From contig PLLJ01000045.1 of the NCBI GenBank assembly GCA_003140935.1, positions 2,767-66,766 of the forward strand: a DNA stretch of 64,000 nucleotides. Reading direction: 5' to 3'. The position numbers were made by a program, and so were the translations under genes. A model generated the notes under the pieces. The model was not told where the DNA came from. It searched no databases and saw only the letters and a list, made by a program, of their open reading frames with translations. Source of the stretch: Candidatus Omnitrophota bacterium (GTDB lineage: Bacteria; Omnitrophota; Omnitrophia; Omnitrophales; Aquincolibacteriaceae). How positions within the stretch are numbered: position 1 is the first letter of the stretch; each line of letters begins with the position of its first letter. This document shows, piece by piece, positions 42,386-52,666 of this stretch.

Positions 42386-43660
42386 TTAAGCCCGTTCGCC
42401 GCGGATGAGATCCTGATAGGTCTCGCGTTTGCGGACGACCTTGAAGGTGCTGCCCTTGACCATGACTTCGCAGGCGCGGGGACGGGAATTGTAATTGGAG
42501 GCCATGGCAAAACCGTAGGCGCCCGCCGTCATGATCGCGAGGGGGTCGCCGGAGTGCATTTCCAGGAGTTCGCGGTTCTTCGCGAAAAAATCCCCGCTTT
42601 CGCAGATCGGACCCACCACGTCATAGACCCACGCTTGCGCTTTTTCATTTTTCACGACAGGCCAGATCTGGTGGAACGCGTTGTAGAAGGCGGGACGGAT
42701 AAAATCGTTCATCCCGGCGTCCACGATCACGAATTTCTTCATGTCGGTCTCTTTGACGTAGATCACCCGTGTCGCGAGGATGCCGCTATTGGCCGCAATA
42801 AAACGGCCGGGCTCGAAGATGAGCCGGAACTTTCTTTTCTTGAAGAGCGGGAGGATCTTCCGTGCGAACTCCTCCGCGGTCTGGGGATTTTCGTCGCTGT
42901 AGACCGCTCCCAGGCCGCCGCCCAGATTCAGGAACTTGATCTTGATCCCGCTTTCTTCGAGCTCGTCGATGAATTCCAGGATCTTCTGGAACGCCTCGAC
43001 GAAGGGGTCGCCGGTCTCGATCTGGGAACCGATGTGCACGTGGATCCCCGAGACCTGGGCGTGGGTGAAGCGCTTCACGTCCTGGAAGACCTCGCGGGCC
43101 TTTTCGAAATCGATGCCGAACTTGTTCTCGGCTTTGCCGGTCGTGATGTAATCGTGCGTGTGCGGGTCCACGTTGGGATTGATCCGGAGCGAGACGTTCA
43201 CTTTCTTGCGCATCTTCCTGGCGATCGCGTCGATCTGTTCGAGCTCGGGCACGGACTCCACGTTAAAGAGCAGGATCCGGACCTTGATCGCGGCGCGGAT
43301 CTCCTCGTCGGTCTTCCCCACGCCGGCGTAGACGATGTTCTTCCCCTGGCATTTCACTTTCCGGGCCCGGAAAAGCTCGCCCCCCGAGACGATGTCGAGG
43401 CCCGCGCCTTTTTTGACGAGCGCGCGCAGCACCGCCAGGTTCGAGTTCGCTTTGACGGAATAGCAGAGGAGCGGCTTCGCGGAACGGAACGCCCGCTGGA
43501 GTTTCGCGAGGTGGTCGGTGAAGGTTTTGTGGCTGTAGATGTAGGCCGGCGTCCCGGTTTTTTTCAGGATCTTGCTGACGCGGACCTTGTCGCAGTAAAG
43601 CTCGCCCTGCTTGTAATAAAAATCGTGCATCTTCTCTTCGTGAAAATCGGTCGGGGGCAT
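42386..43660 (-). CDS. lysA: diaminopimelate decarboxylase
   Basis: TPAYIYS, LCYSVKANSN (PLP lysine), GGGLG and GPICESGD motifs. 424 aa. Confidence 0.9.
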   Translation of the reverse strand: MPPTDFHEEKMHDFYYKQGELYCDKVRVSKILKKTGTPAYIYSHKTFTDHLAKLQRAFRSAKPLLCYSVKANSNLAVLRALVKKGAGLDIVSGGELFRARKVKCQGKNIVYAGVGKTDEEIRAAIKVRILLFNVESVPELEQIDAIARKMRKKVNVSLRINPNVDPHTHDYITTGKAENKFGIDFEKAREVFQDVKRFTHAQVSGIHVHIGSQIETGDPFVEAFQKILEFIDELEESGIKIKFLNLGGGLGAVYSDENPQTAEEFARKILPLFKKRKFRLIFEPGRFIAANSGILATRVIYVKETDMKKFVIVDAGMNDFIRPAFYNAFHQIWPVVKNEKAQAWVYDVVGPICESGDFFAKNRELLEMHSGDPLAIMTAGAYGFAMASNYNSRPRACEVMVKGSTFKVVRKRETYQDLIRGERA

Positions 43661-43661
43661 A

Positions 43662-45044
43662 TCAGCTCCTCAGGGTTTTCTTCCACTCCGCGATCGCCTG
43701 TTTCACGCGCGCGGGGTGCGTGCTTCCGATCGTCTTTTTCCCTCGTACGGATTCTTTTGCGTCAAAAAGGTCGTGGATGTCCGCGCCGAACTTGGGCGAG
43801 AACTTCCGCCATTCCTGGACGGACCACTCGCGGAGCCGCTTCTCGGATTCGATGGCTTGCCGGACGGTCCTGCCCACGAGCACGTGCGCCTCGCTGAACG
43901 GGACTTTTTTCCGGACGAGATATTCCAGGATGTCGGTCGCAAAAAGGCTGTCGTCGTCCAGGGACTTTAAAAGGGCCTTCTTGTGCCAGCTCGCGGAACC
44001 CACGGCCAGGGCCAGGAGCTCCAGAGCGGTCGCGGTCTTTTTCACGGCGTCGAAGACGCCCGGCTTGTCTTCCTGAAGATCGCGGTTATAGGAAAGCGGC
44101 AGGCCTTTTTGCACGGTCAGGATCGCCTGGAGATAACCGAAGATCACGCCGGCCCTGCCGCGCACGAGCTCGAACACGTCGGGGTTTTTCTTTTGCGGCA
44201 TGAGGCTTGATCCGGTCGCGAACGCGTCATCGAGTTCCACGTAGCCGAACGCCTCGGAGTTCCAGAGAATGAAATCCTCCGAAAGCCGCGAGAGATGCGC
44301 CCACAAAATGGAAAGCACGCTCAGGAATTCGGCGAGGGACCCCCGGTCGCTCACCGCGGCGATGCTGTTGGCGGCAATGCCGTCAAACCCGAGCTCTTTC
44401 GCGAGGAATTTCTGGTCGATCGGAAGCGCGGACCCCGCGAGCGCGGCGGAACCGAGCGGCAGGATGTTCACGCGCTTGGCCGCGTCCTGAAGCCTCGACT
44501 TGTCCTCTTCGAGCATTTCGACATACGCCAGCAAATGATGCGCGAGCAGGATGGGCTGCGCCTTCCGGAGGTGCGTCATGCCGGGAATGATCATCTCTCC
44601 CGCTTTCTCGCCAGCGGTGATCAGACTCTTCTGGAGTTTCCGGATGCCGTCTTCGATCGCGACGATCTTCTCCCGGAGGTAAATGCGGGTCGAGGTGATG
44701 ACGAGATCGTTCCGGCTGCGCCCGGTGTGGATCTTTTGGGCCACCGCACCCGCCTTTTTCTCGAGTTCCATCTGGATGAGCGTGTGGATGTCCTCATACC
44801 GGTCGGCATAAACCGCGAGGTCCCGGCCTTTCAGGGACCGGATCACCGACTTGAGGCCCCGAAGGATCGCCTTGGATTCCGCGCCCGTGATAAGACCGAC
44901 CCGGGCGAGCATTTTCGCGTAGGCTTCATTGACGCGGACCTCGGCGTCGAAAAGTTCTTTGTCCGTTTCCAGCGAATAACTGAAGCACTTGAGCGCCGGG
45001 TGCATGTCCTTTTTAAATCGTCCGCCCCACATTTGTTTTGTCAT
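43662..45044 (-). CDS. argH: argininosuccinate lyase
   Basis: MWGGRFKK start, the GSSLMPQKKNPD signature and TGRSRNDLV. Confidence 0.92.
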   Translation of the reverse strand: MTKQMWGGRFKKDMHPALKCFSYSLETDKELFDAEVRVNEAYAKMLARVGLITGAESKAILRGLKSVIRSLKGRDLAVYADRYEDIHTLIQMELEKKAGAVAQKIHTGRSRNDLVITSTRIYLREKIVAIEDGIRKLQKSLITAGEKAGEMIIPGMTHLRKAQPILLAHHLLAYVEMLEEDKSRLQDAAKRVNILPLGSAALAGSALPIDQKFLAKELGFDGIAANSIAAVSDRGSLAEFLSVLSILWAHLSRLSEDFILWNSEAFGYVELDDAFATGSSLMPQKKNPDVFELVRGRAGVIFGYLQAILTVQKGLPLSYNRDLQEDKPGVFDAVKKTATALELLALAVGSASWHKKALLKSLDDDSLFATDILEYLVRKKVPFSEAHVLVGRTVRQAIESEKRLREWSVQEWRKFSPKFGADIHDLFDAKESVRGKKTIGSTHPARVKQAIAEWKKTLRS

Positions 45045-45075
45045 GAGATCACCTTTTTTCCCGCCACGTACCGCG

Positions 45076-46260
45076 CTAGTTTTTATACATGCCTTCGTAC
45101 GGAAGTCCCCAGAGTTTCATAAAACCGACCGCGGCCTTCCGGTCAAAAATATCGCCCTTCGAATACGTCGCGAGCTTTTCTTGATAGAGGGCATAGTTCG
45201 ATTCCCGGCCGACGCACACCGCGTGGCCCCGGTCCAATTTGATGCGGACCTTGCCCGTCACGCGCGCCTGGTTGGACGCGAAAAAGGCGTCCAGCGACCG
45301 CTTGAGGGGTGAGAACCAAAGCCCGAAATACACGAGCTCCGCGTATTTCTCGGAAAGGACCCTCTTATAATGAAGGAACTCCCGGTCCATGACGAAGCCT
45401 TCGAGCTCTTCGTGGGCCTTCAAGAGCACGTCCGCGGCCGGCGCTTCATAGACCTCGCGGCTCTTGATCCCGACGAGCCGGTTCTCGATCATATCGAACC
45501 GTCCGACCCCGTACCGGCCCGCGATCACGTTCAAATGCTCGATCAGGTCGACGAGCGGCATTTTCTTTCCGTTCAATTTTACCGGAACGCCTTTTTCGAA
45601 AACGATCTCGATATAACGCGGTTTCTTCGGCGTCTTGGAGGGGGCGCAGGTCATCACGTACGCGTCCTCCGGCGGCTCGACCATCGGGTCTTCTAAGATC
45701 CCCGCCTCGATCGCGATCCCCCAGATGTTCTTGTCGATGGAATAAGGGCTTTTCTTGGTCACGTCGATCGGGATCCCGCTTTTTTGGGCGTACTCGATCT
45801 CCTCTTCGCGCGTCTTGAATTCCCAGTCGCGCAAAGGCGCAATGATCTTGAGGCCCGGGTCGAGCGTCCGTACGCCCACTTCGAGCCGCACCTGATCGTT
45901 GCCTTTGCCCGTGCAGCCGTGCGCCACGCATTCCGCGCCTTCTTTCTGAGCGACGTCCACCAGATGTTTCGCGATGAGCGGACGGCCGAGGGCGGTGGCG
46001 AGCGGGTACTTGCCCTCGTAACGCGCGTGCGCCCAGAGCGCCGGCATAATGTAATCCCTGGCGAACTCCGCCTTCAAGTCCACGATCAAGGTCTTGATCG
46101 CTCCCGCGGCCTTGGCCCGGCGGACGAGCGGGGCCTTCTCTTTGACTTCGCCGATAAAGGCGCAAAAACAGATCACGTCCAATCCGTGAGTTTCCCCGAG
46201 CCATTTCACGGCGCAGGAAGTGTCCAGTCCCCCGGAATAAGCCAAGACAACTTTTTTCAT
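45076..46260 (-). CDS. argG: argininosuccinate synthase
   Basis: KVVLAYSGGLDTS and GCTGKGNDQVR motifs. Confidence 0.92.
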   Translation of the reverse strand: MKKVVLAYSGGLDTSCAVKWLGETHGLDVICFCAFIGEVKEKAPLVRRAKAAGAIKTLIVDLKAEFARDYIMPALWAHARYEGKYPLATALGRPLIAKHLVDVAQKEGAECVAHGCTGKGNDQVRLEVGVRTLDPGLKIIAPLRDWEFKTREEEIEYAQKSGIPIDVTKKSPYSIDKNIWGIAIEAGILEDPMVEPPEDAYVMTCAPSKTPKKPRYIEIVFEKGVPVKLNGKKMPLVDLIEHLNVIAGRYGVGRFDMIENRLVGIKSREVYEAPAADVLLKAHEELEGFVMDREFLHYKRVLSEKYAELVYFGLWFSPLKRSLDAFFASNQARVTGKVRIKLDRGHAVCVGRESNYALYQEKLATYSKGDIFDRKAAVGFMKLWGLPYEGMYKN

Positions 46261-47192
46261 TGGATCGCTCCTTGGTTAAAAAGATAAAGCAAAATGGCTT
46301 TCTGAATGTGGAGCCGGTTCTCGGCTTCGTCGAAGACGACGCAATGCTTGCTTTCCATCACGTCGTTGGTGATCTCCTCGCCCCGGTGCGCCGGCAGGCA
46401 GTGCATCACGAGCGCGTCTTTTTTCGCGTGCTTCAAGAGTTCCTTATTGATCTGCATGCCCTTGAAATCCTTGAGCTTTTTCTGGCGCAGGGCCTCTTCG
46501 CCCATGCTCACCCACACATCGGTGTAGACCGCGTCCGCGTCTTTGACGGCTTGGGCGGGGTCCGCGAACCCTTCGATCACGGCGCCCGTTTTTTTCGCGA
46601 TCTGCCTCGCGAGCGCGAGGAGCTTGGGCTTGGGCTGATATTTTTTGGGCGTCGCGTACCGGATCTTCGCGCCCAGTTTCGCGGCGACCAGCATCAGGGA
46701 ATGCAGGACGTTATTGCCGTCCCCCACGAACGCGAGCACCGGGTCTTTTTCCGCCGGGATCTTTTCATAAAGGGTCATGTAGTCCGCGAGCGCCTGGCAC
46801 GGGTGTTCGAGGTCGCTCAAGCCGTTAATGACGGGCTTCTCGAAATAATCCTGGAACTCGGTGATGGTCCAATGCGAAAAGGTCCGCATCACGACCCCCG
46901 AAAGATAACGGGAGAGCACGCGCGCCACGTCCCGCACCTCTTCCCGGATCCCGAGCTTGATGTCTTCAGGCCCGAGATAGATGACGCCGCCGCCCATGGA
47001 ATAGATGCCGGCCTGGAAAGAGACCCAGGTCCTGGTCGAGGGCTTCTCGAAAATGAAACCGAAGATGTGGCCTTCGAGCGCGTCGCGGACCTCCTGCGGC
47101 CGCGCCTTCACTTTGGCCGCGAGCTCCATGAGCTTCCGTATCTCTTCGGTGCTGAGGTCGTTGATCGAGATCAGTGATTGGAACATGCGCAA
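46257..47192 (-). CDS. argF: ornithine carbamoyltransferase
   Basis: FEKPSTRTWVSF, HPCQALAD and HCLPAHRGEE motifs. Confidence 0.9.
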   Translation of the reverse strand: MRMFQSLISINDLSTEEIRKLMELAAKVKARPQEVRDALEGHIFGFIFEKPSTRTWVSFQAGIYSMGGGVIYLGPEDIKLGIREEVRDVARVLSRYLSGVVMRTFSHWTITEFQDYFEKPVINGLSDLEHPCQALADYMTLYEKIPAEKDPVLAFVGDGNNVLHSLMLVAAKLGAKIRYATPKKYQPKPKLLALARQIAKKTGAVIEGFADPAQAVKDADAVYTDVWVSMGEEALRQKKLKDFKGMQINKELLKHAKKDALVMHCLPAHRGEEITNDVMESKHCVVFDEAENRLHIQKAILLYLFNQGAIQ

Positions 47193-48394
47193 CCTTCTTT
47201 TTTTTGCGACTGAAGCTTTTGGAAAACATTTCCTAATATCTTCATGCCGAGTTTGATCTCTTTGGCCGTGATCGTCATGGGAGGCATGATCCTCAGGATG
47301 TCCGTCTGCGTCGCGTTGATGAGAAGCCCCTGTTCCCGGGCCTCGCTCGCGTAAGGCGCGGACGGTTCCCTGAGCTTCAGTCCCTGCATCAGTCCTATCC
47401 CCCGCGTGCTTTCGATCACGGGATACTTCTCCTTAAGCTTCTCGAGTTCCTGTTGCAGAAGTTTTCCCATCCGGACCGTGTTCGTGAGCAATTTTTCTTT
47501 TTTGATCGCCTTAAAGACCGCGAGACTCGCCGCGCAGACGAGCGGGTTCCCGCCGAAGGTCGATCCGTGCATCCCGGCCGTGAGCACCTCTTTTTTGATC
47601 TTCCGGTTCACGACAAAGGCCCCGATCGGCACACCGCCGCCGAGCGTTTTCGCGAGCGTCATCAGGTCCGGCTCCAGATCATAATGCTGGTACGCGAACA
47701 TCTTCCCCGTGCGCCCCACCCCGGTCTGCACTTCGTCCAGGATCAGAAGCAGGTCCTTCTCGTCGCAGAGTTTCCGGATCCCTTCCAGAAAATCCCGGCT
47801 CGCCACGCAGACCCCGCCCTCGCCCTGGATCGGCTCGAGCATGATCGCGACGGTTTTATCGGTCACCAGCTTTTTGACGGACTCCAGGTCGTTGAAATCC
47901 GCGTGATGGAATTTTTCCATCAGCGGCTGGAACCCCTGGTGGAATTTTTCCTGCCCCGTCGCGTTCATCGCCGCGAGCGTCCTCCCGTGAAAAGAATTTT
48001 TCATCGTGATGATCTCGAAGCGCCCGGTCTCGCTCCCGTACTTCTTGGCGAACTTGATGGCCCCTTCGTTGGCTTCGGCGCCGCTGTTACAAAAAAAGAT
48101 CCTCGCGGGGAACGAGGCCTCGGAGAGGGTCCGCGCGAGCTCGGCCTGCTTCACGCTCAGAAAATTGTTCGCCACGTGGAGCATCTTCCGCGCCTGTTCC
48201 TTGATGGCGTTCACCACGATGGGATGGCAATGCCCCAGCCCGGAGACCGCCCAGCCCGGAAAAAGGTCCAGATACACCTTGCCTTCCAGGTCCCACACGC
48301 GCGCGCCCTTACCTTTGACCAGGCACACCGGCACCCGGGTGTAGGTCGGCATCACGTATTGATCGTATAATTTCTGTACGTCGGCTGTCTTCAT
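47171..48394 (-). CDS. argD: acetylornithine aminotransferase
   Basis: Class-III aminotransferase motifs: SGAEANEGAIK, DEVQTGVGRTG and TLAKTLGGG. Confidence 0.88.
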   Translation of the reverse strand: MKTADVQKLYDQYVMPTYTRVPVCLVKGKGARVWDLEGKVYLDLFPGWAVSGLGHCHPIVVNAIKEQARKMLHVANNFLSVKQAELARTLSEASFPARIFFCNSGAEANEGAIKFAKKYGSETGRFEIITMKNSFHGRTLAAMNATGQEKFHQGFQPLMEKFHHADFNDLESVKKLVTDKTVAIMLEPIQGEGGVCVASRDFLEGIRKLCDEKDLLLILDEVQTGVGRTGKMFAYQHYDLEPDLMTLAKTLGGGVPIGAFVVNRKIKKEVLTAGMHGSTFGGNPLVCAASLAVFKAIKKEKLLTNTVRMGKLLQQELEKLKEKYPVIESTRGIGLMQGLKLREPSAPYASEAREQGLLINATQTDILRIMPPMTITAKEIKLGMKILGNVFQKLQSQKKEGCACSNH

Positions 48395-48420
48395 TGAATG
48401 TTGTCCGCGTTCCCCGTTCT

Positions 48421-49275
48421 TTAAAGCGTGATCTCGGTCCCGATCCCCTGGTCGGTAAAAATCTCAAGCAAGAGGGCGTGCATAATACGTCCGTCGATGA
48501 TGTGGGCCTTCAGAACGCCGGCCTCCAGCGCATCGATGCAAGCCTTGACCTTGGGGATCATGCCCCCCGAGATGATCTTCTCGTCGATCAACCGCTGGGT
48601 CTCGCTCACGCGGAGCGAAGGGATCAGCGTCTCTTCGTCCGCCGGATTGCGGAGGATCCCCTGTACGTTCGTCAGTACCATGAATTTCGGAACGTGCATG
48701 GCGGCCGCGATATTGGCCGCCGCCTCGTCCGCGTTCACGTTGTACATTTCACCGTCCGGCCCTTTTCCCACGGGAAAGATCACCGGGATCCTGCCAAATT
48801 CCGTCAGTTCCTTGAGGGGCACGGTGTTGACCGAGGCCACGTCGCCGACAAAACCCACGTCGCCGTTCTCGGTGTGTTTCACCACGTTCAGGATCTCGGC
48901 GTCGTAGCCGGAGAGTCCGACCGCGGAACCCCCGAGACGTCCGAGGTCACGGACAATGCTGCGATTGAGTTCGGAAAGCGTTTCATGGACGACCTCGATC
49001 GTCGCCTTGTCCGTCACGCGCAGTCCGTTCACGAACTCGCTCTGGACGCCTTTTTTCTTCATGGCCTCGGTGATGAATTTTCCGCCGCCGTGGACCAAGA
49101 TGGGACGGATCCCCACGTAGCTCATGAACACGAGGTCCTGAAGCACCATGTCGCGGACCTCCGGATAGGTCAGGGCCGCGCCGCCGTATTTGATCAAGAC
49201 CTCTTTGCCGCGGAATTTCTGGATGTAAGGAAGCGCCTCGACCAGGGCCTGCGCTTTTTCGATGTATTCTTTCAT
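48421..49275 (-). CDS. argB: acetylglutamate kinase
   Basis: IKYGGAA, VHGGG, and the NVNADEAA motif. Confidence 0.9.
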   Translation of the reverse strand: MKEYIEKAQALVEALPYIQKFRGKEVLIKYGGAALTYPEVRDMVLQDLVFMSYVGIRPILVHGGGKFITEAMKKKGVQSEFVNGLRVTDKATIEVVHETLSELNRSIVRDLGRLGGSAVGLSGYDAEILNVVKHTENGDVGFVGDVASVNTVPLKELTEFGRIPVIFPVGKGPDGEMYNVNADEAAANIAAAMHVPKFMVLTNVQGILRNPADEETLIPSLRVSETQRLIDEKIISGGMIPKVKACIDALEAGVLKAHIIDGRIMHALLLEIFTDQGIGTEITL

Positions 49276-49285
49276 GATCCCTTTT

Positions 49286-50506
49286 TTAGGAATAGGCGGC
49301 GTTGATCAGCACGTACTTCGTCGTGAGATCGGAAGTGATGAATTCCGCGCGTCCCCGCCCCTTGCCGATCACAACATCGATCGTGTATTCCTTTTTCTGC
49401 AGAATGCGCCGGGCCTTGGGAAGGTTCAGCACCCGCAATCTTCCCTGATTGACCACCTGGGCGTCGCCGAACCAGATGCTGAGATTGTTGGGGTTGAAAT
49501 CCACGCCGCTCGCGCCGACCGCGGCCGCGATGCGGCCCCAGTTCGGGTTGGAACCCGCGAGCATGGTCTTAAAAAGCATCGAGTTGGCGATCTGCCGCGC
49601 CGCGCGCTCGGCGTCCGTCGGTTTTTTCGCGCCCGAGACCCGGAGCCGGCAGACATGCGTCACGCCTTCGCCGTCCTTGACCATTTCATGCGCGATATAG
49701 CGCATCACTTCTTCGAGCGTCTCCCGGAACATCCAGTAATCCTTGCCGATCTTCTGGATCGTGGGATTCCCCGCTTCCCCGTTCGCGAGGCAAAGCACCA
49801 TATCGTTGGTGCTCATATCGTTGTCGATCGCCATTTGGTTGAACGTATCGTCCGCCGCGTGGCGCACGGCCCGCCGGAGAAGCGATTTCGTGATCGCCGC
49901 GTCCGTCGTGATAAAACAAAGCATGGTCGCCATGTTCGGATGCACCATCCCGGCGCCTTTCGCGCAGGCCGCGATCGTGACCTTTTGGCCGCCGAGTTCC
50001 AGCGAAAGCGCGATCTCCTTGCTGGAAAGATCGGTGGTCAGAATGCCTTTGGCCGCGCCGTGGCCGCCTGTCCCGGAAAGACGCTTCACGAGTTTGGGGA
50101 TCGCCCGTTTCACGCAGGTGATCGGAAAAGGAACGCCGATGATCCCCGTCTGCGCGAGCAGGACTTCCTGAGGCAGGACCTCCAGGCATTTCGCGACCTC
50201 CCACGTGATCTCATCGACCGCCTTCTTTCCGACCGGACCGTTCAGGCAATTCGCGTTGCCGCTCGTCCCGAGGATCGCGTGATGTTTCGAGGCGTGGATG
50301 GCCTTCATCGAATAGAGCACCGGCCAAGCCTTCGCCCGGTTCGTGGTAAAGGTCCCGGCCGCGACGCACGGCGCTTTGGAATAGGTCAGGGAAACGTCGT
50401 ACCTTTTCTTTTTCTTCTTGATCCCCGCGTGAATACCGCCCGCGACAAAACCCTTGGGCGCGGTCACGGAACCGTTCTTTTCTTTTTTCCAAAAAGGTTT
50501 TTTCAA
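49286..50506 (-). CDS. argJ: bifunctional ornithine acetyltransferase / N-acetylglutamate synthase
   Basis: ATMLCFITTDA autoprocessing site. 406 aa. Confidence 0.9.
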   Translation of the reverse strand: MKKPFWKKEKNGSVTAPKGFVAGGIHAGIKKKKKRYDVSLTYSKAPCVAAGTFTTNRAKAWPVLYSMKAIHASKHHAILGTSGNANCLNGPVGKKAVDEITWEVAKCLEVLPQEVLLAQTGIIGVPFPITCVKRAIPKLVKRLSGTGGHGAAKGILTTDLSSKEIALSLELGGQKVTIAACAKGAGMVHPNMATMLCFITTDAAITKSLLRRAVRHAADDTFNQMAIDNDMSTNDMVLCLANGEAGNPTIQKIGKDYWMFRETLEEVMRYIAHEMVKDGEGVTHVCRLRVSGAKKPTDAERAARQIANSMLFKTMLAGSNPNWGRIAAAVGASGVDFNPNNLSIWFGDAQVVNQGRLRVLNLPKARRILQKKEYTIDVVIGKGRGRAEFITSDLTTKYVLINAAYS

Positions 50507-51525
50507 AGAAGCCCCGCTTCTTCCGGAAAACCGAACCGGAGGTTCATGTTCTGAACGGCCTGGCCCGCGGCGCCTTTGACAAGATTATCGATCGCCGTGA
50601 TGATCACCACGCGGCCCGTTTCTTCCTGGACGCCGACGCCGATATCGCAAAAATTCGTGTGCTGCACGTCCTTGAGGGACGGGTAGAGCCCCGCGGGTTT
50701 GATCCTGACGAAAGGCGCCTTTGAGTACGCCTTTTCCAGCGCCTTCCGGATCACGGTCTCGGTGCCCTTGGCCGTTGTCTGCGCGTAGCACGTCGCGAGA
50801 ATGCCGCGGCTCACCGGCAGGAGATGCGCCACGAACGTGATCGTCACGGGCTTGCCGGCCGCCGCCGAAAGCGTTTGCTCGATCTCGGGCGCGTGCTGAT
50901 GCCGGTTCACCTTGTAGGCGCTGTAATTCTCATCGGCCTCGCAGAAATGGGTCGCGGTTACAAGCTTCTTGCCGGCGCCGCTGACGCCGGAGGCGGCATT
51001 AATGATGATGGACTTGGGGTCAATCAGTTTTTTCTTAAGAAGCGGGATCAGCGCAAGCGACGGCCCCGTGGGATAACACCCGGGATTGGCGATCAGGTCC
51101 GCTTTTTTGATCTTGTCCCGGTAGACCTCGCAAAGCCCGTAAACCGCCTTGGAAAGATGCCGGGGCGCGACATGATTCACGCCGTACCATTTCTCGTAGA
51201 TCTTTTTGTCTTTCAGCCGGAAATCCGCGGAAAGATCGATCACGACCTTGCCGGCCGCGAGAAGCTGTTCGGCCGCGGTCATCGCCTCCGTGTGCGGCAG
51301 GCACAAAAAGACCACATCCGCCTTTTTTTTCACCGCATCGAACGAATAAGGCGTGATCTCAAGGGTCACGTCTTTTGCGACCGAAGGCAGGATTTCTCGA
51401 AGGGCAATGGGTTTTTCCTGCCGGGTGGTCAAGAGAGAGACCCGGACATGGGGATGGGCCAGGAGCAACTTCGTGAGTTCGGCTCCGGTATATCCCGTGG
51501 CGCCAAGAACTGCACAATTCAGCAT
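50503..51525 (-). CDS. argC: N-acetyl-gamma-glutamyl-phosphate reductase
   Basis: VLGATGYTG NAD motif and PGCYPT catalytic Cys. Confidence 0.9.
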   Translation of the reverse strand: MLNCAVLGATGYTGAELTKLLLAHPHVRVSLLTTRQEKPIALREILPSVAKDVTLEITPYSFDAVKKKADVVFLCLPHTEAMTAAEQLLAAGKVVIDLSADFRLKDKKIYEKWYGVNHVAPRHLSKAVYGLCEVYRDKIKKADLIANPGCYPTGPSLALIPLLKKKLIDPKSIIINAASGVSGAGKKLVTATHFCEADENYSAYKVNRHQHAPEIEQTLSAAAGKPVTITFVAHLLPVSRGILATCYAQTTAKGTETVIRKALEKAYSKAPFVRIKPAGLYPSLKDVQHTNFCDIGVGVQEETGRVVIITAIDNLVKGAAGQAVQNMNLRFGFPEEAGLL

Positions 51526-51572
51526 TTTAGTATGTTTTTCTCCTTAAGGACATTCAAACTATCGAGTTCGGT

Positions 51573-51601
51573 ATTATAGAAATGGCTCTATCCTTTGTCA
51601 A
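51573..51601 (-). promoter_or_regulatory. consensus sigma70-type promoter of the arg-lysA block
   Basis: The minus strand reads TTGACA-aaggatagagccatttc(17 nt)-TATAAT. It lies about 45 nt upstream of the argC ATG, and AAGGAG lies between them. Confidence 0.6.
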
Positions 51602-51614
51602 TTTAAGAAGTTAC

Positions 51615-51697
51615 GCCATGACCCTCTTTGATCAAAAGAACGGGAGGCCATGACAGCCCAAGTCACCCTCATGAAAAAGAAATAAAGGCTTGGGCGC
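51615..51697. repeat. intergenic hairpin modules F and A
   Basis: ccatgaccctc...gggaggccatg aligns with 28096-28134. gcccaagtc-(23, A-rich)-ggcttgggc follows. Confidence 0.7.
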
Positions 51698-51775
51698 AAA
51701 ATGACCATTGGGACCGTCTTTTTCGATGATATGCTCTATCCCCTATTCCCAGAACCACTTACGTGATTTTCTCCA

Positions 51776-51804
51776 TTGACAGGAACGCAGAAAACTCCTA
51801 TCCT
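51776..51804 (+). promoter_or_regulatory. candidate promoter for rnc
   Basis: TTGACA-17 nt-TATCCT. It would put the module-C hairpin into the rnc 5' UTR. Confidence 0.35.
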
Positions 51805-51837
51805 TGTCCTCGATTTTATTTCTTAACGGGTGACAAG

Positions 51838-51885
51838 GATTGCCCCAATTTCAACTCCGTTGAAATTGATAAGAATTGGGACTAT
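51838..51885. repeat. module-C hairpin
   Basis: ccccaatttcaac-tcc-gttgaaattg ataag aattgggac. The stem sequence differs from the copies at 14611, 39706 and 59911, but pairing is kept. Confidence 0.75.
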
Positions 51886-51894
51886 GTTACGCAC

Positions 51895-52644
51895 ATGTCG
51901 AAGCTGATATCCCCCAAAGATCCTCAGAGCAGGGCCTCTTTGCGTAAGATCCTCGGATTCCCGGTGAGGTCCCTCACTCTCTACCGCGCCGCGCTCACGC
52001 ATCCCTCTTTCCGCAATGAGAACGCGCGCATCACCCAAGACCTCGAGGATTTTGACCGGCTGGAATTCCTCGGAGATTCCATTTTAAATGAGGTCATTTG
52101 TCAGAAATTGTTCGAGAAATTCCCCGAGGCCGACGAAGGCATGCTCTCCAAGCTCCGCTCGATCCTCGTCTCTCAGAAGATCTTGAGCCGTATCGCGCAA
52201 GCCCTGGAGCTTCAACACGTCCTCCGGATCAGCAGAAACCTGCGCCAGAATTTCAAGGACTTTCTTAAAGCCAAACTGCTTACCGACGCGCTCGAGGCGC
52301 TTTTCGCGGCGATCTATTTCGATCGCGGCCACGACAAGATCGAGGCGTTCATTCTGAAACATTTCGAAAAATACTTTGATCCCAAACTCCTCTTCCGGCT
52401 CGACCCGAACCCCAAGAGCACGCTTCAGGAAATGACGCTCAAGAAATGGCAGAAGCTCCCGGAATACACGCACGCCTTTTCCGACAAGGGCGTCAAGACC
52501 ACGGTTTCGGCCGGGGGGAGACGCAAGGCTTCGGCCCTTCACAAGATCAAGCGGGAGTCCGAGGTCTTGGCCGCCAGGGCTTTGATCCGGCGGTTACGGA
52601 AAGAGTTTAAAAAAGTGAAGTCGCGCGGCCGGCGACGCGCCTAG
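51895..52644 (+). CDS. rnc: ribonuclease III
   Basis: I start it at MSKLISPKD (ATG 51895). It carries the DRLEFLGDSILN signature and a C-terminal dsRBD (DPKSTLQE...). Confidence 0.85.
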   Translation: MSKLISPKDPQSRASLRKILGFPVRSLTLYRAALTHPSFRNENARITQDLEDFDRLEFLGDSILNEVICQKLFEKFPEADEGMLSKLRSILVSQKILSRIAQALELQHVLRISRNLRQNFKDFLKAKLLTDALEALFAAIYFDRGHDKIEAFILKHFEKYFDPKLLFRLDPNPKSTLQEMTLKKWQKLPEYTHAFSDKGVKTTVSAGGRRKASALHKIKRESEVLAARALIRRLRKEFKKVKSRGRRRA

Positions 52645-52666
52645 TGCCGCATCACGTTTGAAATTA

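Noticed and set aside
51526-51572. An ARG box (ArgR operator) between the arg promoter and argC.
   Set aside because: Only a partial TTTGAAT half-site is present (agtttgaatgtcc). There is no convincing 18-bp palindrome.
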